Positions 23,956 through 32,000 of a DNA stretch of 32,000 bases are shown here, piece by piece. Within the stretch, counting starts at the first letter, position 1; each line of letters starts with the position of its first letter. The notes beneath the pieces were generated by a model that had not been told where the DNA came from, did not search any database, and saw nothing but the letters and a program-made list of their open reading frames with translations. The translations under genes were made by a program, and so were the position numbers. This DNA comes from Haloferax volcanii DS2 (lineage in GTDB: Archaea > Halobacteriota > Halobacteria > Halobacteriales > Haloferacaceae): the NCBI RefSeq assembly GCF_000025685.1, contig NC_013967.1:390001-422000 (forward strand), read 5' to 3'.

Positions 23956-25347
23956 ATGAACCTCGGTCGCCTCCGGCGGGTCTGGAAGCGCATCTTCTCG
24001 CTCGCGTGGCCGGTGATGGCCGAGCAGACCGCCCAGACGGCGATGCGGACCGTCGACGTGGCCGTCACCGCGGCGCTCTCTCCCGCCGCGGTCGTCGCTA
24101 TCGGCCTCGCCGACCTCTACGCCCGGTTCCCGCTCCGCATCGGTCTCGGCCTCGGCGGCGGCGCGATTGCGCTCTCCAGTCAGGACACGGGCAGCGGCGC
24201 GGACGCCAACCGGAGCGAGGCCATCTCGACGGCGCTCCTCCTCGCGTTCCTCGCGGGGATTCCGTTCCTGATTTTCGGCTTCACGCTCGGCGGCGCGGCC
24301 ATCGACGCGTTCCCGGCGAGCGAGCGGGCCGTCGCCCTCGGCACGACGTATCTCGCGGTCATCTTCGCCACCTCGCCCGCGCGGTTGGTCTCGCTCGTCG
24401 GCTCGCGGTCGCTGCAAGGCGTCGGCGACACGCGGACGCCGATGCTGGTCAACGTCTTCGCCAACGTCGTCAACATCGGGCTGTCGGTCGGTCTCGGCTT
24501 CGGCCTCGTCGGCCTGCCGGCGCTCGGCGTGCTGGGCGTGGGGCTCGCCACTTCGACCGCAAACGTCCTCTCGGCGGGACTGCTTCTGGTCGCGCTCGCC
24601 CGCCCCGCGTCACCGACCTCGCTGGTCCGCCCCCGCGACCGGACGGTCGCCGGCCAACTCGTCCGTATCGCCACCCCGCGGGTCGGCGAGGGTATCGCCG
24701 CCGAACTCGCAGAGTTCCCGTTCAACGCCCTGCTCCTCGGCTTCGGTGACGCCGTCAACGCCGGCTTCCAAATCGGCCGCCGGGTCTACCAGCAGGTCGC
24801 AAGCCCGCTGGCGCGCGGCTACAACGTCGCCGCCAGCGTCCTCGTCGGGCAGGCGCTCGGCGCGGGCGACAGCGAAACCGCGCGGTATCAGGGCGGCGCG
24901 GTGGCGCTGCTTTCGGTCGTCACGGTCGGCGGCATCGGGCTCCTGCTCGCGGCGTTCACCGAACCCATCGTCGGCCTCGTCGGCTCCGGCGGCGGCACGG
25001 ACCTCGACTGGGCCGTGAAGTTCGCCGTCGCCTACGGTCTCGCCGCACCGGGGCTGGCGCTGTTCGTCGGCCTCTCCGGGTCGTTGCAGGGCGCGGGCGC
25101 GACGCGGATTCCCTTCGTCGCCCGGCTGACCGGGGTGTTCGGCTTCTTCGTCGGCCTGTCGTACCTGCTCGTCGAGGGGTTCGGCTACGGCCCGCTCGGC
25201 GCGCGAATCGGCATCGTCCTGTCGTTCACGTGGATGGGGCTGTTCGCGCTCGTCGCGTTCTCCTACGCCGACTGGGCGGGCCACGCCGACTCGCTCATGG
25301 TCGAACGCGGGAGCGTCGGCGTCGACGACGTGGGCGAAGACGACTGA
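23956..25347 (+). CDS. MATE family efflux transporter
   Basis: 463 aa, about 12 TM segments, with the N-terminal pattern IFSLAWPVMAEQ typical of MATE/NorM-DinF proteins. Confidence 0.85.
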   Translation: MNLGRLRRVWKRIFSLAWPVMAEQTAQTAMRTVDVAVTAALSPAAVVAIGLADLYARFPLRIGLGLGGGAIALSSQDTGSGADANRSEAISTALLLAFLAGIPFLIFGFTLGGAAIDAFPASERAVALGTTYLAVIFATSPARLVSLVGSRSLQGVGDTRTPMLVNVFANVVNIGLSVGLGFGLVGLPALGVLGVGLATSTANVLSAGLLLVALARPASPTSLVRPRDRTVAGQLVRIATPRVGEGIAAELAEFPFNALLLGFGDAVNAGFQIGRRVYQQVASPLARGYNVAASVLVGQALGAGDSETARYQGGAVALLSVVTVGGIGLLLAAFTEPIVGLVGSGGGTDLDWAVKFAVAYGLAAPGLALFVGLSGSLQGAGATRIPFVARLTGVFGFFVGLSYLLVEGFGYGPLGARIGIVLSFTWMGLFALVAFSYADWAGHADSLMVERGSVGVDDVGEDD

Positions 25348-25458
25348 GGGCGGCGCGTGCGGCGGACGGCGAACGCGAGAGCGGGAGGCGGAGGGTGAAG
25401 GGAACGACGCGTCGCTCCGGGGGCAGCAGACGGAAAACAGTCGCGTGCGGTTCGTCGC

Positions 25459-26598
25459 CTATCGCTCGTCGACCGGCGTGAAGTCGAGGTCTTTCTCGCC
25501 GGTGTAGCGGGCGCGGGGGCGGATGAGGCGGTTGTCCTCGTACTGTTCGAGGACGTGCGCAATCCAGCCGCCGGCGCGCGAGACGGCGAAGATGGGAGTG
25601 TAGAGGTCGATGGGGATGCCCATCTGGTAGTACGTCGACGCGGAGTAGAAGTCCACGTTCGGCGCGAGGCCCTTCTCCTCGCCGATGTACTCCTCGATGG
25701 CGACCGACATCTCGTACCACTTCATGTCGCCGGCGGCCTCGCCGAGCGCCTCGGACTTCGCGCCGAGAATCTTCGCGCGGGGGTCCTTGACGTTGTAGAC
25801 GCGGTGGCCGAACCCCGCGACGCGCTCGCCGCGGTCGAGGGCGTCTTTGACCCACTCGGTCGGGTCCATGTCGCTGTCGTCGACGTCCTTCAGCATCCGC
25901 ATGACGTTCGCGTTCGCGCCGCCGTGGAGCGACCCCGAGAGCGTGCCGATTGCGGACGTGACTGCGCTGTAGAGGTCAGAGAGCGTCGAGGACGTGACCA
26001 TCGCGGAGAAGGTCGAGGCGTTCAGTCCGTGGTCGGCGTGGAGCACGAGCGCCATGTCGAACGTCTCGGCGAGCACCTCGTTCGGCTCCTCGCCGTTGAG
26101 CATGTAGAGGAAGTTCGCCGCGTGATTCAGGCTCTCGTCGGGTTCGACGTAGTCGTCGCCGCGACGGAAGCGGGCGTAGGCCGCGAGCACCGACGGCATC
26201 TTCGCCGTGATGCGCTTTGCCTTCTCGAGGTTGACCTCGCGGTCGGTCACGTCCTCGAAGTCGGCGCTTTCGTCGTACGCCGACATCGCCGAGACGAGCG
26301 TTCGGAGCGCCGCCATCGGCGACTCGTCCTGTTCGGCGAGTTCGCGTGCCACGTCGAGGACGCCGTCGTCGAGGTCGCGGTGGGCCGCGAGCTCGTCGGA
26401 GAACGCGTCGAGTTCCTCGCCCGTCGGAAGCGCTCCGTGCCACAGGAGATAGAGTACTTCCTCGTAACTTGCGTCCCGTGCGAGGTCTTCGATATCGTAC
26501 CCGCAGTAAACGAGTTGTCCCGCGTCGCCGTCGATGAAACTGAGTTTCGATTCGGCGACCAGCACACCTTCCAGCCCCCGCTTCAGTTCGCCTGACAT
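25459..26598 (-). CDS. citZ: citrate synthase
   Basis: Citrate synthase signature (GFGHRVY), catalytic His/Asp context and dimeric-type length. The ATG at 26596-26598 (MSGELKRGLEGV) is preferred over 26619 because a T-rich box lies about 27 nt upstream of it. Confidence 0.9.
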   Translation of the reverse strand: MSGELKRGLEGVLVAESKLSFIDGDAGQLVYCGYDIEDLARDASYEEVLYLLWHGALPTGEELDAFSDELAAHRDLDDGVLDVARELAEQDESPMAALRTLVSAMSAYDESADFEDVTDREVNLEKAKRITAKMPSVLAAYARFRRGDDYVEPDESLNHAANFLYMLNGEEPNEVLAETFDMALVLHADHGLNASTFSAMVTSSTLSDLYSAVTSAIGTLSGSLHGGANANVMRMLKDVDDSDMDPTEWVKDALDRGERVAGFGHRVYNVKDPRAKILGAKSEALGEAAGDMKWYEMSVAIEEYIGEEKGLAPNVDFYSASTYYQMGIPIDLYTPIFAVSRAGGWIAHVLEQYEDNRLIRPRARYTGEKDLDFTPVDER

Positions 26599-26620
26599 AC
26601 CCAGACCGTTGCCTACCATA

Positions 26621-26630
26621 TCAAAAAAGC
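26621..26630 (-). promoter_or_regulatory. TATA-like box (minus strand GCTTTTTTGA) for citZ
   Basis: Centred about 27 nt upstream of the ATG at 26598. Confidence 0.45.
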
Positions 26631-26898
26631 GTTATCGTTTTCACTCATCTGTTACCGACCGCCATACACATACAGTGGCAGCCCCGTCTGTCGGTTTCGC
26701 GGATAGTCGGTGTCTAAAATAGTGTTCGACGATTGTCGTTATTTTCGGGGCACTTATACGGAGTCCCCCCGATGGGTCGCGCGCGCGCCGCTCGGGCGAC
26801 CTGCAAACTCATATCCCCCGACGGCGTAGTTCTCTCGAACCACGGTGGCACCGTTACTCCTGGCAAGCCTTTTGCCGTCCCGTCGTGAAGGCGGGCGC

Positions 26899-28107
26899 AT
26901 GAATCCGGAGGACATCGAGTACGAGCCTGTCAGCGTCAAGGCCGTCCTCGCCGAGATGAAAGACACCGCGGAGTTACTCATCGACCTCTCGTACTCCGCC
27001 GTCCTCCACGCCAACGACGACCTCGCGGCCGAGGTCCTCGACCTCGAAGAGCGGATGGACATCCTCCAACTTCAGGCGCGCATGAGCCTGATGATGGCCG
27101 CCCGCAGCCCCGAGGACGCGGAGGAACTCGCGCCCGTCCTCGGCGTCGTCGGCGCGGCCGAGAAGATTTCGGACGCCGCGGGCGACATCGCCAAGGTCGT
27201 CATCGAGGACATCGGCCTCCCGGACGCCATCCGCGCGGCGCTCCCCGAGGCCGTCGAGACGACGATTCGGTGCGAACTCACCGACGAGTCGCCGTACGCG
27301 GGCCGGAACCTCGGTGACATCAACATGGAGACCGAGACGGGCGTCCGCGTCGTCGCCATCCACCGCGCCGGCGAGTGGGTGACGAACCCCGACCACGAGA
27401 CGACGCTCCGCGCCGGCGACGTGCTCCTCCTCCGCGGCCGCGACGACGGCCTCCACACCGTCCACGAGGCCGCCACCGGCCTCCGGTACGACCCGCCGGA
27501 CGTGCCCGAGCCGACCATCGAGGACCTCGAACGCGCCGTCGACTCCATCGTCCTGATGAAGGACATGAGCGAACTCGCCGTCGACCTCGCCTACGGCGCG
27601 GTGCTGTTCGACAGCGAGGGCGTCGCCGAGGAGGTCGAGGAACTCGAAGCCGAGGTGGACGCGCTCAAGTCCCGGTTCGAGGCGTGGACGCTCCGCGCGG
27701 CGAGTCGCGTCGAAGACCCCGTGTCGCTCCGCGGACTCGTCCAACTCGCGGGCGCGACGGAGATGATTTCCGACGCCGCGCTCGAAATCGCCGAGGGCGT
27801 CCTCCGCGGCATCGACGCCCACCCGGTCGTCGCCGCCGCGGTCAAGGAGTCCGACGAGGTCATCATCCGCCTGCGGGTCGCCCCCGCAAGCGACCTCGCG
27901 GAGGCGACCCTCGGGGACCGGCGCGTCAAGTCCGAGACGGGGATGCGCGTCATCGCGGTCCGCCGGGCCGGCGGCCGCGAGTGGGTCGTCTCGCCGGGGT
28001 CGGAAACGCGGCTCCACGGCGGCGACCTCATCATCGCCAAGGGCACCCGCGCCGGCGCGGAGCGACTGGGCGAACTCGTCGGCGACGAGCGCGAGTTCGA
28101 CGAGTAG
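26899..28107 (+). CDS. PhoU-like/TrkA-C (RCK_C) tandem-domain protein (potassium-transport regulator-like)
   Basis: Two repeated modules, each a helical PhoU-like segment followed by a TrkA-C domain (GRNLGDINMETETGVRVVAIHRAGEW... and EATLGDRRVKSETGMRVIAVRRAGG...). ATG at 26899 (MNPEDIEYEPV). Confidence 0.75.
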   Translation: MNPEDIEYEPVSVKAVLAEMKDTAELLIDLSYSAVLHANDDLAAEVLDLEERMDILQLQARMSLMMAARSPEDAEELAPVLGVVGAAEKISDAAGDIAKVVIEDIGLPDAIRAALPEAVETTIRCELTDESPYAGRNLGDINMETETGVRVVAIHRAGEWVTNPDHETTLRAGDVLLLRGRDDGLHTVHEAATGLRYDPPDVPEPTIEDLERAVDSIVLMKDMSELAVDLAYGAVLFDSEGVAEEVEELEAEVDALKSRFEAWTLRAASRVEDPVSLRGLVQLAGATEMISDAALEIAEGVLRGIDAHPVVAAAVKESDEVIIRLRVAPASDLAEATLGDRRVKSETGMRVIAVRRAGGREWVVSPGSETRLHGGDLIIAKGTRAGAERLGELVGDEREFDE

Positions 28108-28157
28108 GCCGACCCCGACCTGACCCATCCCGGAACCGAACTGCCGAAACCGCCGAC

Positions 28158-28475
28158 TCAGAGCGTCTTACTCAGCCGATACGCCGAGACGAGCGTCAGC
28201 ACCGTCGCCACGAGCAGCGCCGTCGCGGACGCGAGGACGAACGCGAGGAGAAGAAACCAGCCCTCGGGGCCGAGTATCGGGTACTCGCGGGTGCCGGCAA
28301 AGGGGCCGAACAGTTCGAGCACCCGAAACAGGTAGGCGACGACGGCCAAGGCGAGACCGACGGCCGCCCCGATAGCGGCGTTTCGCGGCACGTCCAGCGC
28401 CTGTACCAGTCCCCCCGTCGGCGGCCGTTCGGGAACGTCGTCTGTCACGGTCGGCGGTTGCGGCCGCGAGACCAT
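28158..28475 (-). CDS. hypothetical membrane protein (2 TM)
   Basis: 105 aa with a Pro-rich N-terminus, two hydrophobic helices and GC-rich third positions. Confidence 0.5.
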   Translation of the reverse strand: MVSRPQPPTVTDDVPERPPTGGLVQALDVPRNAAIGAAVGLALAVVAYLFRVLELFGPFAGTREYPILGPEGWFLLLAFVLASATALLVATVLTLVSAYRLSKTL

Positions 28476-28545
28476 AGCGGCAACGCTTTCCTCGGGGCCT
28501 CAGCGGACCGAACCCCTAAAGGGAGGCGGGTCCGAGGTTGGCGGT

Positions 28546-29502
28546 ATGATTACCTTGGGAACGGCGAGTGCGGCCCCCGGGGAGATGGACGTGGGCCGCC
28601 TCGAAGTCGGCGAGTCCCGTGACGGCGGGAGCGTCGGTCTGCCCGTCGCCGTCATCAACGGCGCGTCGTCGGGCAAGACGCTCTACATGCAGGCGGCGTC
28701 GGACGGAGACGAACTCAACGGCGTCGGCGTCATCCAGCGGGTCGTCCCGCAGCTCGACCCCGCGGATATCTCCGGGGCGATTCTCGTCGTCGGCATCGTC
28801 AACTACCACGCGTTTCAGGTCGCACAACACCGCAATCCGATAGACGACACGAAGATGAACCGGGCGTACCCCGGCGACGAGCGCGGCACCTCCTCGGAGC
28901 GCATCGCGGCCGCGACGTTCGCCGCCGCCCGCGACGCCGACCTCATCGTCGACCTCCATCAGGGCTCGACGAGCCGGATGATAGACGAGGTCCGCGTCCG
29001 CTGCGGCCGCCACCACCGGATGCACGCGAAATGTCTCCGGCTCGCCAAGACGTTCGGTTGCGGCTACGTCCTCGACCAGAAGGGTCCCGACGGCCAACTC
29101 GCCCGCGCCGGCCCCGACGCCGGGATTCCGACCATCGACCCCGAACTCGGCGGCTGCGTCGGCTGGGACGAAGAGAGCATCGAGAAGGGCGTTCGCGGCG
29201 TCCACAACGTCCTCCGCGGCTACGACTTCCTCGACGGCGACGTGGAGCTGAAAGCCCAGACCCGCGCCCGCGGCTTCGACCAGTACGGCTCGCCGGTCGG
29301 GGGCCTCGTCCGGTTCAAGCGCGACCTCGGCGAGCGCGTCTCCGCCGGCGACGTGGTGTTCGAGGTGGCCGACGTGTTCGGTACGCTCAAAGCCCGCGTC
29401 ACCGCCGACCACAACGGCATCTTCTGGCGGGCGCGCCGCCTCCCGCAGGTCGCCTCCGGCGAGTACGTCTGTTCCGTCGGCATCGACCTCGACACGTACT
29501 GA
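28546..29502 (+). CDS. succinylglutamate desuccinylase/aspartoacylase (AstE/AspA, M14-like) family protein
   Basis: 318 aa with the family pattern: metal-ligand context (SDGDELNG; DLHQG), NRAYPG, and a C-terminal beta domain. Confidence 0.75.
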   Translation: MITLGTASAAPGEMDVGRLEVGESRDGGSVGLPVAVINGASSGKTLYMQAASDGDELNGVGVIQRVVPQLDPADISGAILVVGIVNYHAFQVAQHRNPIDDTKMNRAYPGDERGTSSERIAAATFAAARDADLIVDLHQGSTSRMIDEVRVRCGRHHRMHAKCLRLAKTFGCGYVLDQKGPDGQLARAGPDAGIPTIDPELGGCVGWDEESIEKGVRGVHNVLRGYDFLDGDVELKAQTRARGFDQYGSPVGGLVRFKRDLGERVSAGDVVFEVADVFGTLKARVTADHNGIFWRARRLPQVASGEYVCSVGIDLDTY

Positions 29503-29516
29503 TACCGACTCCAGTC

Positions 29517-29582
29517 CACCCGATTCGACCACTTCACTCGACTCGGCACCACCTCACTCGACTCGACCACCTCACCCGATTC
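29517..29582 (+). repeat. C-rich direct repeats in the AstE-like/thrC intergenic region (A-B-B-A order, spacing about 17-20 nt)
   Basis: CACCCGATTC occurs at 29517 and 29573. TCACTCGACTCG occurs at 29534 and 29554. The region is strongly G-poor on the plus strand. Confidence 0.6.
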
Positions 29583-29598
29583 ACCCCACTCACTTCCC

Positions 29599-30702
29599 AT
29601 GACGACACCACCCGACCTCCCCGCTCGGCTCCGACTCGCGTGCGACAGTTGCGGCGAGACGTACGACGCCTGGCGCTGGCGCTGTGCCTGCGGCGAGCCG
29701 CTGGACTTCGCGGCCGACCCGACGCCGTCGGCAGCGACCCCCGACGACGCCGACCTCGACTACCGCGACGGCCTCTGGGCGTTCGACGACTTTCTCCCGA
29801 CAGAGCCGCGCGCCAGCCTCGGCGAGGGGATGACGCCCCTCGTCGACGCCGCGGAGTGGGAGGCCTCGTTCAAACTGGAGTACGTCTTCCCCTCCGGCTC
29901 GTTCAAGGACCGCGGCGCGACGACGATGCTCTCGCTCGCGTCCGAACTCGGCGTCGAGCGCGTCGTCGAGGACTCCTCGGGCAACGCGGGGGCCGCCGTC
30001 GCGACCTACGCCGCCCGCGCCGGCATCGACGCCGAAATCTACGTGCCCGCGTCGGTCAAGCCCTCGAAGGTCCGCGCCATCGAGCGCGCCGGGGCGAAGC
30101 CGGTCCGAATCGAGGGCTCCAGACAGGCCGTGACCGACGCCTGCGTCGAGGCCGTCGAGGCCGACGACGCGTGGTACGCGAGCCACGCGTGGAACCCCGC
30201 GTTCTTCGCGGGCACGGCCACCGTCGCCTACGAAATCGCCGCCCAGCGCGACTGGTCGGTCCCCGACGCGGTCGTCACGCCGCTGGGCCACGGGACGCTT
30301 TTTCTCGGCGCGTACCGCGGCTTCCGTGCGCTCTACGAGGCGGGCTGGACCGACCGGATGCCCGAACTGTACGGCGCGCAGGCCGCCGGCTACTCGCCCA
30401 TCGCCGACGCCCGTCACCACACGGCCGACGAGACGAACGACGTGGCCGACGGCATCCAGATTCTCGACCCCGTCCGCGAGGCCGAGATTCACGAGGCGCT
30501 CGACGCCACCGGCGGCGACGCCATCGCCCTGTCGGCCGACGCGGTCGAAGACGAACTCGACCGGCTCCACCGCCACGGCTTCTACACGGAGCCAACCTGC
30601 GCCGTCGCGCCCGCGGCGCTCCGCGAACTGCGTCTCTCGGGCGTCCTCGACCGCGACGCCGACGTGGTCGTGCCGCTCACCGGGAGCGGTCTCAAATCGT
30701 GA
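29599..30702 (+). CDS. thrC: threonine synthase (PLP-dependent, N-terminal Zn ribbon)
   Basis: N-terminal CDSCGETYDAWRWRCACGEPLDF, PLP-lysine motif (PSGSFKDRG) and fold-type II PLP enzyme length. Confidence 0.8.
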   Translation: MTTPPDLPARLRLACDSCGETYDAWRWRCACGEPLDFAADPTPSAATPDDADLDYRDGLWAFDDFLPTEPRASLGEGMTPLVDAAEWEASFKLEYVFPSGSFKDRGATTMLSLASELGVERVVEDSSGNAGAAVATYAARAGIDAEIYVPASVKPSKVRAIERAGAKPVRIEGSRQAVTDACVEAVEADDAWYASHAWNPAFFAGTATVAYEIAAQRDWSVPDAVVTPLGHGTLFLGAYRGFRALYEAGWTDRMPELYGAQAAGYSPIADARHHTADETNDVADGIQILDPVREAEIHEALDATGGDAIALSADAVEDELDRLHRHGFYTEPTCAVAPAALRELRLSGVLDRDADVVVPLTGSGLKS

Positions 30703-32000
30703 GCCGGCTCAGAACACAGCTACCGTAGCGCTCTCCACGACCGGAGCCAGCCGACCAACGACCAGCCGCGTCCCGCGTTTTCGACGCCGGCTCTCGCTTC
30801 GGCTCTCACGTTGCGGTCGCCCGCTCGGGCTTCGAGGTCGCGTCGCCGCTCGCGCTCCGCGTCGAGTTCGTCGCGGAGTCGCTCGTTTTCGTCGACGACC
30901 TCGTCGAGCCGCGCCCGGAGTTCGTCGAGGCGGTCGAACCCCCCGCGACCGTCGCCCGGTGACGCGCCGGGTGAAGCCGGCGGCCGTCGCGCCGGGTCGG
31001 TCACCACGTCGTCGTCGCGCCGATTCCGGTTCGGGTGTCGGTGTCGGTCCCGGTGTCGGTCGTCGTCCGATTGCGTCGCTGACCGCCGCACCGCGCTCGA
31101 CCAACCGGACGGGTCGTAGAACTCGCTGGTCTCCCGAATCGCTCGCCGGACCGTCCTCGCGCCGTAGGTCGAGCCGTCGGCGTGGACGACTTCGTCCCAC
31201 GTCGGCCGAAAGAGTCCGGAGTCCCGAAACAGGCGGCACATCTGTCGCGCGTCGCCGGCGGTCCAGAACGCGAGCATCGAACACAGCGCCGCGTCAGCCT
31301 CGTCGCGGTCGTCGTAGCCGCTCGCGTCACCCCGCCACAGGCGGGTGAACGCCACCCCGTTGACGGCGTTCGAGGCGCGGCGGACGACCTCGTCGTCCGT
31401 GAGGTCGTTGCCCGGGCCGCTTATCTCGTCGAGACGCGCGTCGGCGGGCGCTCGGTCCGAGTTCGGAGCGTCTGGGTTGACCGAGTCGATTGAGGCGGCC
31501 GGGGCGACGGCGTCGACCGACGGCGACGGCTCCGGGTCGGTTTCGAAGTACGCACCGTGAACCGTCGCGAGCGCGTCGCTCCGTTCTGCGACCGCCGCGG
31601 GCGCGCCGTCGGCGCAGTCGCCGGTCACGGGACGGAACCGCGTGACGTCCGAGAGTTCGAGGCCGCCGGCTCGGGCGCTCCCTGACGGGAGCGTCCCGCG
31701 GACGATAACGCGGAACCCCGTTCCCGAGGGAGTCACTTCCGTGTAGGAGTCGAGTCGGTCGACGAGCGCCCGCGCCCACTCGTCGGTCGCGCCGGTCTCG
31801 GCGTCGCGGCAGTTTTCGAGCTCGATACCGACGAACGGGTCGTCGTCGGTGAACGCGAATCCCACGCCGTCGACGCGCCCCTCCCGAGCACACGCGAGCG
31901 CCTCGTCGAATGTCGCCCACGTCGAGTCGTCAGTTGCCGATGCGGGCCCGCCGTCGGTCGCGCTTCGGGGTACAACTGTCTCCTCGCCGTCGCACAGTTG
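30703..32000. mobile_element. Possible left end of an integrated plasmid/provirus-like element (extends beyond the window)
   Basis: Rests only on the plasmid/virus-type primase gene, which starts 17 nt after thrC. No integrase, att repeat or tRNA is visible at the junction within the window. Confidence 0.3.
30720..32000 (-). CDS. Primase-polymerase (AEP/Prim-Pol) domain protein with a PriCT-like domain and a C-terminal coiled coil; 5'-truncated by the window edge
   Basis: The frame stays open from the track's GTG at 31865 to position 32000: ...QLCDGEETVVPRSATDGGPASATDDSTWATFDEALACAREGRVDGVGFAF... Prim-Pol-like motifs are present (VGIELENC; TPSGTGFRVIV). A PriCT-like block follows (EADAALCSMLAFWTAGDARQMCRLFRDSGLFRPTWDE ... 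GSTYGARTV). An Arg/Glu-rich coiled-coil tail ends the protein. Confidence 0.7.
   Translation of the reverse strand, partial: QLCDGEETVVPRSATDGGPASATDDSTWATFDEALACAREGRVDGVGFAFTDDDPFVGIELENCRDAETGATDEWARALVDRLDSYTEVTPSGTGFRVIVRGTLPSGSARAGGLELSDVTRFRPVTGDCADGAPAAVAERSDALATVHGAYFETDPEPSPSVDAVAPAASIDSVNPDAPNSDRAPADARLDEISGPGNDLTDDEVVRRASNAVNGVAFTRLWRGDASGYDDRDEADAALCSMLAFWTAGDARQMCRLFRDSGLFRPTWDEVVHADGSTYGARTVRRAIRETSEFYDPSGWSSAVRRSATQSDDDRHRDRHRHPNRNRRDDDVVTDPARRPPASPGASPGDGRGGFDRLDELRARLDEVVDENERLRDELDAERERRRDLEARAGDRNVRAEARAGVENAGRGWSLVGWLRSWRALR

Noticed and set aside
26631-26898. The citZ / TrkA-C divergent intergenic region, with small GC hairpins, considered as a possible ncRNA.
   Set aside because: The stems are only 5-6 bp, which is expected by chance at this GC content. 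I see no repeat or covariation evidence. It is adequately explained as two divergent promoters.

Overview
This is a very GC-rich haloarchaeal chromosomal segment. Predicted proteins are acidic. A/T-rich TATA-like boxes sit about 27-30 nt upstream of many ATGs, which implies leaderless mRNAs. I used that spacing, plus family N-termini, to shorten several ORF-track starts, because the track also uses GTG/TTG and the most upstream start. The gene order (cct2 ... cydBA ... citZ) matches my unverified recollection of the Haloferax volcanii main chromosome; no search was possible. Most of the window is ordinary housekeeping: hisE, pdxT, Sec61-beta, thioredoxin, L40e, an MBL hydrolase, a DUF99-like protein next to a family-4 UDG, phnDCE, hisH, pheA, two tandem hsp20 genes, leuS, an OCD/mu-crystallin enzyme, a thermosome subunit, tRNA-Ser(GGA), RidA, cydAB, threonine ammonia-lyase, a MATE exporter, citrate synthase, a PhoU/TrkA-C protein, an AstE/AspA-like deacylase and a Zn-ribbon threonine synthase. 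Several small membrane or acidic ORFs also look coding. The most unusual signal lies directly downstream of tRNA-Ser (18045-18342). It is a tandem array of 127- and 144-nt ORF-less units. Each unit ends in a copy of the tRNA 3' end, one of them an exact 27-nt match. Each also carries a Y-shaped stem-loop module whose helices differ between units by compensatory base changes. These could be miniature att-type integrative remnants or a tRNA-linked structured RNA family; I cannot tell which from sequence alone. The right edge (30720-32000) holds a 5'-truncated Prim-Pol/PriCT-like primase gene with variant catalytic motifs, probably the start of an integrated element. Lower-confidence observations are: an Ile-rich uORF with rare ATA codons ahead of threonine ammonia-lyase, a dense G-run cluster over the cydA promoter and start, a small membrane ORF trailing cydAB, C-rich ~19-nt repeats ahead of thrC, and a palindrome abutting the thermosome TATA box. 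No CRISPR array, rRNA, transposase or integrase was seen. The many long antisense ORFs in the track are treated as GC-driven artefacts.
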